The notes below the pieces were generated by a model. The model did no database searches. It worked only from the letters and a program-made list of their open reading frames with translations, and had not been told where the DNA came from. A stretch of 64,000 nt of DNA from the IMG/VR virus record IMGVR_UViG_3300021389_000015, positions 1 through 64,000 of that record, one strand, 5' to 3'. Of the stretch, positions 19,639 to 29,009 are shown piece by piece; position 1 is the stretch's first letter, and every line of letters starts with the position of its first letter. Source of the DNA: a virus. The translations under genes were made by a program, and so were the position numbers.

Positions 19639-20807
19639 TAGGTGGCGGTGTTGCCGGAATTACTACTGCATATTTCTTAGCCAAAAAATATAAAGTAAGA
19701 TTGTTTGATCCTAATGGTATAGCTGAACAGTGTAGTTATGCCAATGGCGGTCAATTGTCTGTTTGTAACGCAGAAGTTTGGAATACTTATAGTAACATTG
19801 CTAAAGGTTTTAAATGGTTGACGCAACCAGATGCTCCTCTTGCTTTTCGACCTGATGTCTGGTCATGGCCTAAGATAAGATGGATTGCTGGATTCATTGG
19901 TGCAACTATAACTAACAAATATGATTATAATACTCGTAAGACAATAGAATATAGCTTAAGATCTAGAAAGCTTATGAAGAAAATGATGAAGGAAGTCGGC
20001 ATTGACTTTCATCATAATGACTGTGGTATATTACACATATATAAGAATCAAAAGTCATGGGTTAAAGCACAAAGAACTCTTGAAAGATTTAAAGATACTG
20101 GATGGGGTAGAGTTAAAACTAAAACTAATTTAATAAAGTATAATATTAAATCAAATGATGTTGTTGGTGCTACTTTAACTAAAGGTGACTCAGTAGGAGA
20201 CATACATAGTTTCTGTCAAAACTTATCTAGCTATATGATGCAAGATCCTAAGTATGATTACAGCTTTCGTATTAATAAAATTGTTCGAACTGAAGATGAA
20301 GTATTTTGGTCAAATCCGAGAGATATGGCTTTTAGTTTAACAAAACTTAAGAAAGACTTTGATGAAGTTATTGTTTGTGCTGGCGCTTATACACCACACT
20401 TAGTTCCAAGTATAAATGTATATCCTATCAAAGGTTATTCTATAACTTATCAAAATGCGTATGAAGGTCCAACAATCTCTGTACTCGATGATGATAGAAA
20501 AATAGTTGCATCACCATTTTCAAATAATGTTTTCAGAGTGGCAGGTACTGCTGAACTTGCTGATTGGAATCATAGTATAAGAAAAGATAGAATCAAACCT
20601 TTAGCTGACTGGGTAGAACAAAATACGTTTATTAAAAGAGATGATTATAAAAGATGGGCATGCTTAAGGCCAATGACGCCTAACATGTTACCAGTAATAA
20701 GTAAAGTAAAAGGCCTATGGGTTAACACAGGTGCAGGTCATCTAGGTTGGACTATGGGCATGGCTTTAGCAGAAAGGCTAGCAAATGATTTGCAAAGACG
20801 TAAATGA
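19611..20807 (+). CDS. dadA: FAD-dependent D-amino acid dehydrogenase (DadA-like)
   Basis: GGGVAG FAD motif, SYANGGQLS, YPIKGYS, RVAGTAE, WACLRPMTP, NTGAGHLGWT; TTG start. Confidence 0.85.
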   Translation: MGNNKSIAIVGGGVAGITTAYFLAKKYKVRLFDPNGIAEQCSYANGGQLSVCNAEVWNTYSNIAKGFKWLTQPDAPLAFRPDVWSWPKIRWIAGFIGATITNKYDYNTRKTIEYSLRSRKLMKKMMKEVGIDFHHNDCGILHIYKNQKSWVKAQRTLERFKDTGWGRVKTKTNLIKYNIKSNDVVGATLTKGDSVGDIHSFCQNLSSYMMQDPKYDYSFRINKIVRTEDEVFWSNPRDMAFSLTKLKKDFDEVIVCAGAYTPHLVPSINVYPIKGYSITYQNAYEGPTISVLDDDRKIVASPFSNNVFRVAGTAELADWNHSIRKDRIKPLADWVEQNTFIKRDDYKRWACLRPMTPNMLPVISKVKGLWVNTGAGHLGWTMGMALAERLANDLQRRK

Positions 20808-21927
20808 TATATTACAGAAAGAAATATACAGACAAGATACTACTATTGAACTAATTGCCAGTGAAAACTTTGCAAGTCAAGCTGTAATGGATTTATGTGG
20901 AAGTGTATTTACTAATAAGTATGCAGAAGGTTATTCTGGTAAAAGATACTATAATGGTTGTGAACATATGGACGAGATAGAAGATTTAGCTATAAATCAA
21001 GTAACTCAATTATATGGTTGCGAATTTGCTAATGTACAACCTCATTCCGGTGTAAATGCAAATACTGCGGTGTACCAAGCATTTATGAAACCCGGCGATG
21101 TTATTATGGGTATGGACTTAGCAAGTGGTGGTCATTTATCTCATGGTGCTCCACCGACATTAAGTGGAAAAGTATACAACAGTGTTACGTACGGTGTTGA
21201 CGAACATGGTTATTTAGATTATGAAGTTATAAGAGGATTAGCCAAGATAAGTAGACCTAAAGTAATTGTTGCAGGTGCAAGTGCTTATCCAAGACAAATA
21301 GATTGGAAAGCATTTAGAGATATTGCTGACGGTGTAGGTGCAGTACTAGTAGTAGATATGGCACACTATAGTGGATTAGTAGCAGGTGGTGTATATCTAA
21401 ATCCTTTACCTTATGCTGATGTTGTAACAAGCACTACTCACAAAACATTACGAGGTCCAAGAGGTGGAATGATTTTGTGGAATAATCCTGATTATACGAA
21501 AAGAATAAATAGTTCTATATTTCCTGGAACACAAGGTGGTCCACTTATGAATATCATTGCAGCTAAAGCTCAATGTTTTATAGAAGCAAACACCGATGAA
21601 TTTAAAAAATATTCTGAACAGGTAATCTCAAATGCTCGAGCAATGGCATTGCAATTAAATCAATACGGTATGAAAGTATTAACTGACGGCACGGACAGCC
21701 ATATAATATTATTAGATTTAAGTGATAGCAAAAGGTCAGGTAGAGAAGCTGCTGACTTACTTGAAGAAAATGGAATAACAGTAAACAAAAATGGAGTTCC
21801 AAATGATCCTCGTAACTTTGTTGAAACCAGTGGCATAAGAATTGGTACTGCTGCAGAAACTACTAGAGGAAATGTAGAGTACTGGTTCAGAGAACTAGCA
21901 CAAAAAATAGTGAGAATTATAAAATGA
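20785..21927 (+). CDS. glyA: serine hydroxymethyltransferase
   Basis: LIASEN, NKYAEGY, NVQPHSG, GGHLSHG, TTHKTLRGPRGG PLP-lysine motif, SGIRIGT. Confidence 0.97.
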   Translation: MICKDVNDILQKEIYRQDTTIELIASENFASQAVMDLCGSVFTNKYAEGYSGKRYYNGCEHMDEIEDLAINQVTQLYGCEFANVQPHSGVNANTAVYQAFMKPGDVIMGMDLASGGHLSHGAPPTLSGKVYNSVTYGVDEHGYLDYEVIRGLAKISRPKVIVAGASAYPRQIDWKAFRDIADGVGAVLVVDMAHYSGLVAGGVYLNPLPYADVVTSTTHKTLRGPRGGMILWNNPDYTKRINSSIFPGTQGGPLMNIIAAKAQCFIEANTDEFKKYSEQVISNARAMALQLNQYGMKVLTDGTDSHIILLDLSDSKRSGREAADLLEENGITVNKNGVPNDPRNFVETSGIRIGTAAETTRGNVEYWFRELAQKIVRIIK

Positions 21928-22163
21928 ATGAAATGCAAATGTTAAATGAATTTGTCAATCAACTTGCAATGTGTGAGTTGTTGTCAGCATACAATTTATT
22001 AGAACCATCGATGGCGTTCAACTGTAGAGAAGTTGAAAACTTTGTTAAAGAATCTTACTTTGATAATAACTATCAAGGATTTATAACATGGTGGGATGCA
22101 AATGTAATGCCCTTAGTTGAAGAATTAAATACCATATATCAGGCAAGTAAAAATGGAAAGTAG
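21924..22163 (+). CDS. hypothetical protein
   Basis: Coupled ORF (ATGA overlap with glyA). Confidence 0.55.
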   Translation: MNEMQMLNEFVNQLAMCELLSAYNLLEPSMAFNCREVENFVKESYFDNNYQGFITWWDANVMPLVEELNTIYQASKNGK

Positions 22164-22173
22164 ATAAATCATT

Positions 22174-22551
22174 ATGAACCCTTTTGAATACGTAAATGCA
22201 ATTAACTATACTAAGAAAGATATTATGACTGATGACATAACGGAGAAAGGATACGCTCCGTATATGATCAATAGACAATTATCATACTTTCCTGATACAG
22301 TACTTGCTGCAAATGAAATGAATCGCAACCACCACCTCGACAATCGTTTACAATTTGATTTTTTTATAAATATAGTTAGAAAACGTAAAAGGTTTTCTAA
22401 ATGGCATAAGCCAGAAACTGTAAGTGATTTGGAAGCAGTAAAAAAATATTATGGCTATAGTAATGAGAAAGCCCGCCAAGTATTAACTCTCCTAAATTCT
22501 GATCAGATTAATGAATTGAAAAATAAGGTAATGACCGGTGGAAGAAAGTAA
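22174..22551 (+). CDS. gp62: clamp loader small subunit
   Basis: YMINRQLS, ANEMN, RKRKRFSKW, YYGYSNEKA. Confidence 0.93.
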   Translation: MNPFEYVNAINYTKKDIMTDDITEKGYAPYMINRQLSYFPDTVLAANEMNRNHHLDNRLQFDFFINIVRKRKRFSKWHKPETVSDLEAVKKYYGYSNEKARQVLTLLNSDQINELKNKVMTGGRK

Positions 22552-22954
22552 TATAGTAGAATGGGCTCCAGCGAATATGTTGGAAGTTACATTGAATGAA
22601 CCAGATGATTTTTTAAAGATAAGAGAGACATTAACACGCATTGGTGTGGCATCTCGTAAAGACAATAAACTCTATCAATCATGTCATATACTTCACAAAC
22701 AAGGCAGGTATTTTATCGTGCACTTTAAAGAGCTCTTTTTGCTCGACGGTAAGAAATCTAACTTAGAAGAAAATGATGTAGCCAGAAGAAATACTATCGC
22801 AACACTTATGAGTGATTGGGGTTTACTACAAATTGATAAAACTAATAAGCCAGAACCAATAGCACCTTTAAGACAAATTAAAATAATATCTTTTAAAGAT
22901 AAAGACCAATGGAACCTATGTCCAAAGTATAACATAGGAAATGGTTCAAAGTAA
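22538..22954 (+). CDS. regA: translational repressor RegA
   Basis: DDFLKIRETLTRIG, LYQSCHILHKQGRYFIVHFKELF. Confidence 0.97.
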   Translation: MEESNIVEWAPANMLEVTLNEPDDFLKIRETLTRIGVASRKDNKLYQSCHILHKQGRYFIVHFKELFLLDGKKSNLEENDVARRNTIATLMSDWGLLQIDKTNKPEPIAPLRQIKIISFKDKDQWNLCPKYNIGNGSK

Positions 22955-23010
22955 AAAAAAAGTTTGTACAGGCTATGTACATTTAAAAATAAAGTATTAT
23001 ATATATTATA

Positions 23011-23066
23011 GAGGCGCCGATAACCGGGTCTCGTTCAACCTTGCTAGTCAATAGGAGGCAATTATG
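23011..23066 (+). promoter_or_regulatory. ROSE-like RNA thermometer in hsp20 5' UTR
   Basis: 5' hairpin (23011-23032), then CCTTGCTA-gtcaa-TAGGAGG pairing the UUGCU motif with the SD. Confidence 0.65.
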
Positions 23067-23474
23067 ACTAAGAACTTTTTATACCCTCGAAACAGTTTCT
23101 TGGGTTTCGACCACATTTTCGATCAGTTGGAAAATATCCATTCTCATGCGAAAGATACATACCCACCATATAATGTAGTTAAACACGATAGTATGACGTA
23201 TGAAATAGAAATGGCCGTAGCCGGTTTCAAGAAAGATCATATCGATATTGAAGTAAAAGATCATGTTATGACTATTATAGGTGATAGACCAAAGCGTAGA
23301 GAACAAGACGCCTATGTCCATAAAGGTATTAGTGCTCGAAAGTTTCAAAGATCATTTAGACTGTCTGAATATACAGAAGTAGACGGTGCTGACATTCAGG
23401 ATGGAATCCTTACTGTTAATCTCAAAGTAGTTCTACCAGAAGAGAAGCGACCTCGTAAAATTAAAATTAATTAA
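23064..23474 (+). CDS. small heat-shock protein (Hsp20/IbpA family)
   Basis: YPPYNV, EMAVAGF, HKGISARKF, DGILTVNL, PEEKRPRKIKI. Confidence 0.95.
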   Translation: MTKNFLYPRNSFLGFDHIFDQLENIHSHAKDTYPPYNVVKHDSMTYEIEMAVAGFKKDHIDIEVKDHVMTIIGDRPKRREQDAYVHKGISARKFQRSFRLSEYTEVDGADIQDGILTVNLKVVLPEEKRPRKIKIN

Positions 23475-23490
23475 TAACGAGGAAAATTAA

Positions 23491-23721
23491 ATGACAACTT
23501 TAACTCAGGCTGTAAATACAGCCACATGCCGGGTATGCGACGCAGTTGCAGCCTGGGGCAAACGCACTTTACACGATTTTCAATACAATAGACAGATGGC
23601 TGCTAACCGAGTGGTTGCTCAGGATCTGATTCATCTTGGATTTCATAATCAAAAAGAATATAATCAAATTCTTCAGAAAATGAATGATAAGACTATTGAT
23701 GAATATCATAAGAGCTATTAA
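23491..23721 (+). CDS. hypothetical protein
   Basis: GAGG SD; between hsp20 and the terminator. Confidence 0.65.
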   Translation: MTTLTQAVNTATCRVCDAVAAWGKRTLHDFQYNRQMAANRVVAQDLIHLGFHNQKEYNQILQKMNDKTIDEYHKSY

Positions 23722-23722
23722 T

Positions 23723-23767
23723 ATGTGGCCATATACAGAAGAAGAAAATGACTTCGTGTCAAAATAA
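23723..23767 (+). CDS. micro-ORF MWPYTEEENDFVSK
   Basis: 14 codons filling the gap between the upstream stop and the terminator. Confidence 0.35.
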   Translation: MWPYTEEENDFVSK

Positions 23768-23771
23768 GATT

Positions 23772-23796
23772 AGGCGGGTTCTTCCCGCCTTTTTTT
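23772..23796 (+). terminator. rho-independent terminator
   Basis: AGGCGGG-ttctt-CCCGCCT followed by T-tract. Confidence 0.9.
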
Positions 23797-23797
23797 A

Positions 23798-23805
23798 TAT
23801 AAATA
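23798..23805 (+). promoter_or_regulatory. T4-type late promoter (lysozyme)
   Basis: TATAAATA. Confidence 0.8.
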
Positions 23806-23826
23806 GTAATTTATAGGAGATATAAT

Positions 23827-24276
23827 ATGAATATAGAAAACTTAAGAAAAGAACTTGAATTGGATGAAGGAGTGAAATATGAAATATATAATGATCATCT
23901 CGGCTACGCTACTTTCGGTATCGGTCATTTGGTTAGGGATTCAGATCCAGAGCATGGACAAGAAATTGGAACAGCTGTCTCAGAAGAAAGAGTTATCGCA
24001 GCTTTCGACGAAGACGTACAAATCGTGCTCTCAGATTGCGAGCGATTGTACAACGACTTTAATGTCTTGCCGGAAGAATGCCAAATGATTATCGCAAACA
24101 TGATGTTTAACATGGGAAGACCAAGACTTTCAAAGTTTAAAGGTATGAAAGCTGGAGTTGATGCAAAAGATTGGCATAAGGCTGCAGACGAAATGATAGA
24201 CTCTGCATGGTATAAACAGGTTCCTAATAGAGCTGGTAGACTCGTTAAAAGAATGAGAGCTCTTGCAAATGGATGA
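23827..24276 (+). CDS. phage lysozyme (T4 lysozyme-like, GH24)
   Basis: DEG-x7-D-x5-T catalytic E/D/T triad (DEGVKYEIYNDHLGYATFGIGH), NMMFNMG, DSAWYKQVPNRA. Confidence 0.9.
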   Translation: MNIENLRKELELDEGVKYEIYNDHLGYATFGIGHLVRDSDPEHGQEIGTAVSEERVIAAFDEDVQIVLSDCERLYNDFNVLPEECQMIIANMMFNMGRPRLSKFKGMKAGVDAKDWHKAADEMIDSAWYKQVPNRAGRLVKRMRALANG

Positions 24277-24535
24277 TTTAGATTTTGATTTTGGTTTTAC
24301 TGCAGTAACTGAAGATGAGTTAGATGTAGTAAAGAAAAATCAAACAACAGTTAATAAAGCAGAGAAACTTGCAACAACTACACAAGACAGACTTGATAAA
24401 TTGTATAATGCTATAGTTCCTTTGCTTAATAATCTTAAAAAGAATCCAGAAAAAGAATACATTCTTTGGCCTAATAGATTAGAAAAAGTAGAACAGTTTG
24501 AAGATCATATACAAAAAATATATAAAAACGCATAA
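24269..24535 (+). CDS. hypothetical protein
   Basis: DFDFGFTAV, NLKKNPEKEYILWPNR. Confidence 0.7.
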   Translation: MDDLDFDFGFTAVTEDELDVVKKNQTTVNKAEKLATTTQDRLDKLYNAIVPLLNNLKKNPEKEYILWPNRLEKVEQFEDHIQKIYKNA

Positions 24536-24540
24536 AGTCC

Positions 24541-24569
24541 TTTACATTTACTAAAAACTATGGTATAAT
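24541..24569 (+). promoter_or_regulatory. early sigma70-like promoter
   Basis: TTTACA-17 nt-TATAAT; 24522-24548 identical to 62303-62329. Confidence 0.8.
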
Positions 24570-24578
24570 ATAACTACA

Positions 24579-25184
24579 ATGAAGAATTTTAAAAATTATA
24601 TAGAAGAAGCTGCAGGTAAAGGATTAACCATCTTTGATATAGATGAAACTATGTTTATAACCAAAGCAAAAGTAAAGGTAGTTAAAAATGGCAAAGTTAT
24701 TAAGAAACTTGATAACCAAGAATTTAATACTTATAAGAAAAAAGATGGAGAAGAATATGATTTTGGAGAATTCAAAAACGCAGAAGTCTTCAAAAAAACT
24801 TCAACGCCAGTTGCAAGAATGATTAACAAAGTAAGAGCAATACTTAAAAATGCTACTAAGGCAGGTTCAAAAGTTATTATTGTAACTGCAAGACCAAACT
24901 TTGATAATAAGAAAACATTCCTTGATACATTTAGAAAACAAGGTATTGACATAGATAAAATCTATGTTGAACGTGCAGGCAACCTCGGTTCAGGTCCTGC
25001 CGCAGATAATAAAAAAGTAATATTTAAAAAATATTTAGATCAAAAAATATACAAACGAATAAGACTCTTTGATGACGCAATGTCAAATTTAAAAATGTTT
25101 CTGTCTTTACAGAAAGATTATCCAGAAGTCTCATTCGAAGCTTTCTTGGCAAAACCAAATGGTTCAGTTAACAGAATCCGCTAG
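24579..25184 (+). CDS. HAD-superfamily phosphatase
   Basis: FDIDET motif I, VTAR motif II, LFDD motif IV. Confidence 0.8.
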   Translation: MKNFKNYIEEAAGKGLTIFDIDETMFITKAKVKVVKNGKVIKKLDNQEFNTYKKKDGEEYDFGEFKNAEVFKKTSTPVARMINKVRAILKNATKAGSKVIIVTARPNFDNKKTFLDTFRKQGIDIDKIYVERAGNLGSGPAADNKKVIFKKYLDQKIYKRIRLFDDAMSNLKMFLSLQKDYPEVSFEAFLAKPNGSVNRIR

Positions 25185-25464
25185 AAATTATTTAAGCATT
25201 ACCACAAAAGCACATGATAAAAAGTATGCTTATCTTGCAGTTAATGGTGGTGGTTGCTCAGGTTTCCAGTATGAATGGAACATGACTGATACTTCAGAAA
25301 AAGGTACACTTATTGAAAATATTCTAGTGCTCGATCGAACAGCCGAAATGTTTGTTATAGGTTGTACAGTTGATTATGTAAAAGAGTTCGGTGGATCCTA
25401 TCTTAAAGTTATAAATCCAAATGCAACTGCGCAATGTGGTTGCGGTGAAAGTTTTGCTGTGTGA
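25159..25464 (+). CDS. A-type Fe-S cluster carrier (IscA/SufA/HesB)
   Basis: GGGCSGFQY and CGCGESF. Confidence 0.93.
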   Translation: MVQLTESARNYLSITTKAHDKKYAYLAVNGGGCSGFQYEWNMTDTSEKGTLIENILVLDRTAEMFVIGCTVDYVKEFGGSYLKVINPNATAQCGCGESFAV

Positions 25465-25571
25465 ATAGAAAAGAACGTAAAGATTTTTTCGAAACAATGG
25501 AGATAATGTTATTTGCATTCGTGTTCGTTATGCTTCAAATTCTTGGTGTATACATAATTTTTTTAACTTAG
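25461..25571 (+). CDS. 36-aa single-TM peptide
   Basis: GTG start overlapping the IscA stop; MNRKERKDFFETMEIMLFAFVFVMLQILGVYIIFLT. Confidence 0.45.
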   Translation: MNRKERKDFFETMEIMLFAFVFVMLQILGVYIIFLT

Positions 25572-25584
25572 ATGCATTTTTTCC

Positions 25585-25613
25585 TTTACATTTACTAAAA
25601 ACTATGGTATAAT
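25585..25613 (+). promoter_or_regulatory. early sigma70-like promoter
   Basis: TGCATTTTTTCC-TTTACA-17 nt-TATAAT. Confidence 0.85.
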
Positions 25614-25639
25614 AGTACTTATAATTAAAGGAGAGCTAA

Positions 25640-25852
25640 ATGCTAAATTATAATCTAAACAACCCAACACCATTCATCAAAAAATATATTCAAAAAAATA
25701 ATCATATTATCAACAAATTCGCAGATTTATTATTTTCGGATCCAAAAACTACATCATCACCACAATGGAATTCACTTCCACTATTAACTACAAAACTCGC
25801 TTTCGAACTCTCATTATACAAACTCGAAAACGGCCGTGATTTTTATTTATAA
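25640..25852 (+). CDS. small early hypothetical protein
   Basis: AGGAG SD, own early promoter. Confidence 0.65.
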   Translation: MLNYNLNNPTPFIKKYIQKNNHIINKFADLLFSDPKTTSSPQWNSLPLLTTKLAFELSLYKLENGRDFYL

Positions 25853-25867
25853 AATCACACTTTTTCC

Positions 25868-25896
25868 TTTACATTTGTTTAAAACTGGTGTATAAT
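25868..25896 (+). promoter_or_regulatory. early sigma70-like promoter
   Basis: TTTACA-17 nt-TATAAT. Confidence 0.85.
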
Positions 25897-25920
25897 AGAT
25901 CTATAATCGAAGGAGAGCTT

Positions 25921-26103
25921 ATGTCTAAATTACAACAACACTATATTAATTTTCAATCACAACCAACAATTCCACATAAAGTTTTATATTTACAAAAACA
26001 CCAAAACGAATTATCACAATTCAACATAAACGTACCTAATCTCATCACGGCCTGGACTACAAATCAATGGCCATGGAATCAACCTAAACCGGACCACAAC
26101 TAA
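25921..26103 (+). CDS. small early hypothetical protein
   Basis: AGGAG SD before ATG 25921. Confidence 0.65.
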   Translation: MSKLQQHYINFQSQPTIPHKVLYLQKHQNELSQFNINVPNLITAWTTNQWPWNQPKPDHN

Positions 26104-28590
26104 ATGTCATTTTACACTAACGTATTACGCTATAAAAACTATATACTTCACCGGGGTTATCATAACAACGGTGAAAGGTTTATGCGTAAAGAATATTTCC
26201 AGCCAACACTATTTGTTTCTTCTAAGAAGAAAGAAGGCTGGACTGGATTCGATGGTCAGGATGTTGCACCATTACAATTTGAAAGTATGTTTGAAGCTAA
26301 TCAATGGTTAAAGCAAAACATTGATGTATCTGGTAGAAACATATATGGTAATAAAAAATTTACACAACAATTCGTTACCGAAAAATATCCACGTGATATT
26401 GAATTTAAACGTGAGTTTATTAATGTAGGTACTATTGATATTGAAACAGATTATGATACTGGCTTTCCACATCCTAACGAGGCAAGTCAAAAGATACTTG
26501 CTATAACCTATAAGTCAAGTAAGTTCTCTACGTACCATGTATGGGGTTACGGTGAATTTGATACTACTAAAGCTCTTATTACTGATGTCAAATACATTAG
26601 ATGTAATAGTGAAGAAGAACTTCTCAGTAAGTTTTTAGAATTCTGGTCACATCCTGATATTACTCCAGATGTTATTACTGGTTGGAATACAAGGTTTTTT
26701 GATATACCTTACATCGTAAATCGTATGGCAAAAGTTTTAGGCATACAAGAAATTCAAAAGCTATCACCATGGAATATGCAACTCGAACATAGAAGAATTA
26801 CAAAACGTGGTAGTGAAAATGATGTATATGAAATACCCGGCATACAAACTCTTGATTACATGGAATTGTTTCAAAAGTTTGGTTATACATATGGTCCACA
26901 AGAATCATATGCATTAAATCATATTGCTTATGTTGTACTTGGTGAAAAGAAACTTTCTTATGAAGAATCAGGTTCACTTAAAAATCTATATAAAGATGAT
27001 CACCAAAAGTACATTGACTATAACATGAAAGATGTTCAATTAGTTGACAGGCTCGAAGAAAAGATGGCTCTTATTACATTGGCCTTAACCATAGCTTACA
27101 AAGGTGGTGTTAATTACCAAGATACTTTTGGTGTTACTGCTATATGGGAATCAATCATATATCGTAAATTAAACTTAAGTAAAGTAGTTGTACCTTTAAG
27201 TAACAATGAAAAACCATATAGGTCTTTTGCTGGCGGTTATGTTAAAGAACCACAAGTTGGTAGACACGATTGGATAGTATCTTTTGATTTAAATTCATTA
27301 TATCCAAACTTAATTGTGCAATACAATATGTCACCAGAAACTTTAACCGACAATACTCATATGAATGATGTTGGTTATTATCTTAGCGGTCAAAGCGTTG
27401 ATAGTGAATATTCAGTTGCAGCAAATGGTTCTTCTTATCGTAAAGACATTGATGGTGTATTACCACAAATCATTGAAGAATATTATGATGAACGTGTGTC
27501 TGTAAAGAAAATGCAAATTGCTTCTCAAAAAGAAATACAAAACGGTTACACTACACAACTCGATAAAGAAATAGTTACACTTGAAAATAAACAGTTGGCT
27601 ATAAAAATTCTACTTAATAGTCTTTATGGTGCATTAGGCAACAAACACTTTCATTACTTTGATATTAGACTTGCTGAAGGTGTAACTTTATCCGGTCAGC
27701 TTGCAATTCAATGGGCAGAAAAAGCAATGAATGCTGCAATGAATAAATTACTTAACACTGAAAAAGATTATGTTGTAGCAATTGATACGGATTCTTTATA
27801 TGTTAACTTTGGTCCATTAGTTAAAGAACTATCTCCAGCAAATCCAGTTTCTTTCTTAGATAAAATTTGTAATGAACACTTTGAACCTGTATTACAAAAA
27901 GCATATGAAAAGTTATTTCGAAATATGAATGCTCATAAGAATAGAATGGTCATGGCTAGAGAAGGTATATCTGATAGTGGCATATGGACTGCAAAGAAAA
28001 GATACATTCTAAATGTTCATAATAATGAAGGCATTCAATATAAAGAACCTAAACTTAAAATCATGGGTATTGAAGCTATTAAGTCATCAACACCTGAAGT
28101 TGTACGTGATAAATTTAAGAAAGCATTCAACCTAATTATATCTGGTACTGAAGCTGAAACACAAAGATTTATTCAAGATTTTCGTAATGAATTTAAAACA
28201 CTTTCACCTGAACAGGTTGCTTTTCCAAGAAGAGTATCTAACATTACTGATTGGTATGATCACAAAACTATTTACAAGAAAAGTTGTCCTATACATGTTC
28301 GTGGTTCACTACTCTTCAATAAGTATTTAAAGTCTAATAAATTACAAAATAAATATGAATTGATCACTAACGGTAATAGAATAAAATTCTGTTATCTTAA
28401 GTTACCTAATTCGATCAAAGAAAATGTTATTGCTTTTCAAGATGCATTACCTAAAGAATTAAAATTACATAACTATGTAGACTATGATTTGCAATTTAAT
28501 AAAACATTTATAGAACCACTTAATTTAATATTACATTCTATCGGCTGGTCTGCCGAAGAACAAACTACCTTGGAGGATTTTTTCGTATGA
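26104..28590 (+). CDS. gp43: family B DNA polymerase
   Basis: DIETD exonuclease, SFDLNSLYP, KILLNSLYG, IDTDS, KKRY. Confidence 0.98.
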   Translation: MSFYTNVLRYKNYILHRGYHNNGERFMRKEYFQPTLFVSSKKKEGWTGFDGQDVAPLQFESMFEANQWLKQNIDVSGRNIYGNKKFTQQFVTEKYPRDIEFKREFINVGTIDIETDYDTGFPHPNEASQKILAITYKSSKFSTYHVWGYGEFDTTKALITDVKYIRCNSEEELLSKFLEFWSHPDITPDVITGWNTRFFDIPYIVNRMAKVLGIQEIQKLSPWNMQLEHRRITKRGSENDVYEIPGIQTLDYMELFQKFGYTYGPQESYALNHIAYVVLGEKKLSYEESGSLKNLYKDDHQKYIDYNMKDVQLVDRLEEKMALITLALTIAYKGGVNYQDTFGVTAIWESIIYRKLNLSKVVVPLSNNEKPYRSFAGGYVKEPQVGRHDWIVSFDLNSLYPNLIVQYNMSPETLTDNTHMNDVGYYLSGQSVDSEYSVAANGSSYRKDIDGVLPQIIEEYYDERVSVKKMQIASQKEIQNGYTTQLDKEIVTLENKQLAIKILLNSLYGALGNKHFHYFDIRLAEGVTLSGQLAIQWAEKAMNAAMNKLLNTEKDYVVAIDTDSLYVNFGPLVKELSPANPVSFLDKICNEHFEPVLQKAYEKLFRNMNAHKNRMVMAREGISDSGIWTAKKRYILNVHNNEGIQYKEPKLKIMGIEAIKSSTPEVVRDKFKKAFNLIISGTEAETQRFIQDFRNEFKTLSPEQVAFPRRVSNITDWYDHKTIYKKSCPIHVRGSLLFNKYLKSNKLQNKYELITNGNRIKFCYLKLPNSIKENVIAFQDALPKELKLHNYVDYDLQFNKTFIEPLNLILHSIGWSAEEQTTLEDFFV

Positions 28591-29009
28591 GTACAAACTG
28601 GTTTAAAGATATGCAGGACATGCATATAAAATATGGTGTCAACAAATGGGTACAAGCCGAAAAGCAAAGTGATGTAGAGATTAAAAGATTTAATCAATTC
28701 ATGGACTTTAGAATTAACATGATGCAAGAAGAACTTGATGAAACAAGAAATGCATTTATCAATAAAGATCCTGAAGAAATAGTTGATGGCATTATTGATC
28801 TATGTGTGTTTGCCATCGGTACACTCGAAGTATTTGGTGTTGATGCTAATAAAGCATGGGATGAAGTATATAAAGCCAATATGAATAAAGAAGTTGGAAT
28901 AAAAGAAGGTAGGCCTAATCCACTTGGATTACCAGATTTAGTAAAGCCTAAAGGTTGGAAAGGTCCATCACACGAGAATAATCATGGAAATATCTCTGAC
29001 TCTTTTTAA
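28587..29009 (+). CDS. MazG-like/PRA-PH family NTP pyrophosphohydrolase
   Basis: QEELDE, EIVDGIID, VYKANMNK, DLVKPKGW. Confidence 0.75.
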   Translation: MSTNWFKDMQDMHIKYGVNKWVQAEKQSDVEIKRFNQFMDFRINMMQEELDETRNAFINKDPEEIVDGIIDLCVFAIGTLEVFGVDANKAWDEVYKANMNKEVGIKEGRPNPLGLPDLVKPKGWKGPSHENNHGNISDSF

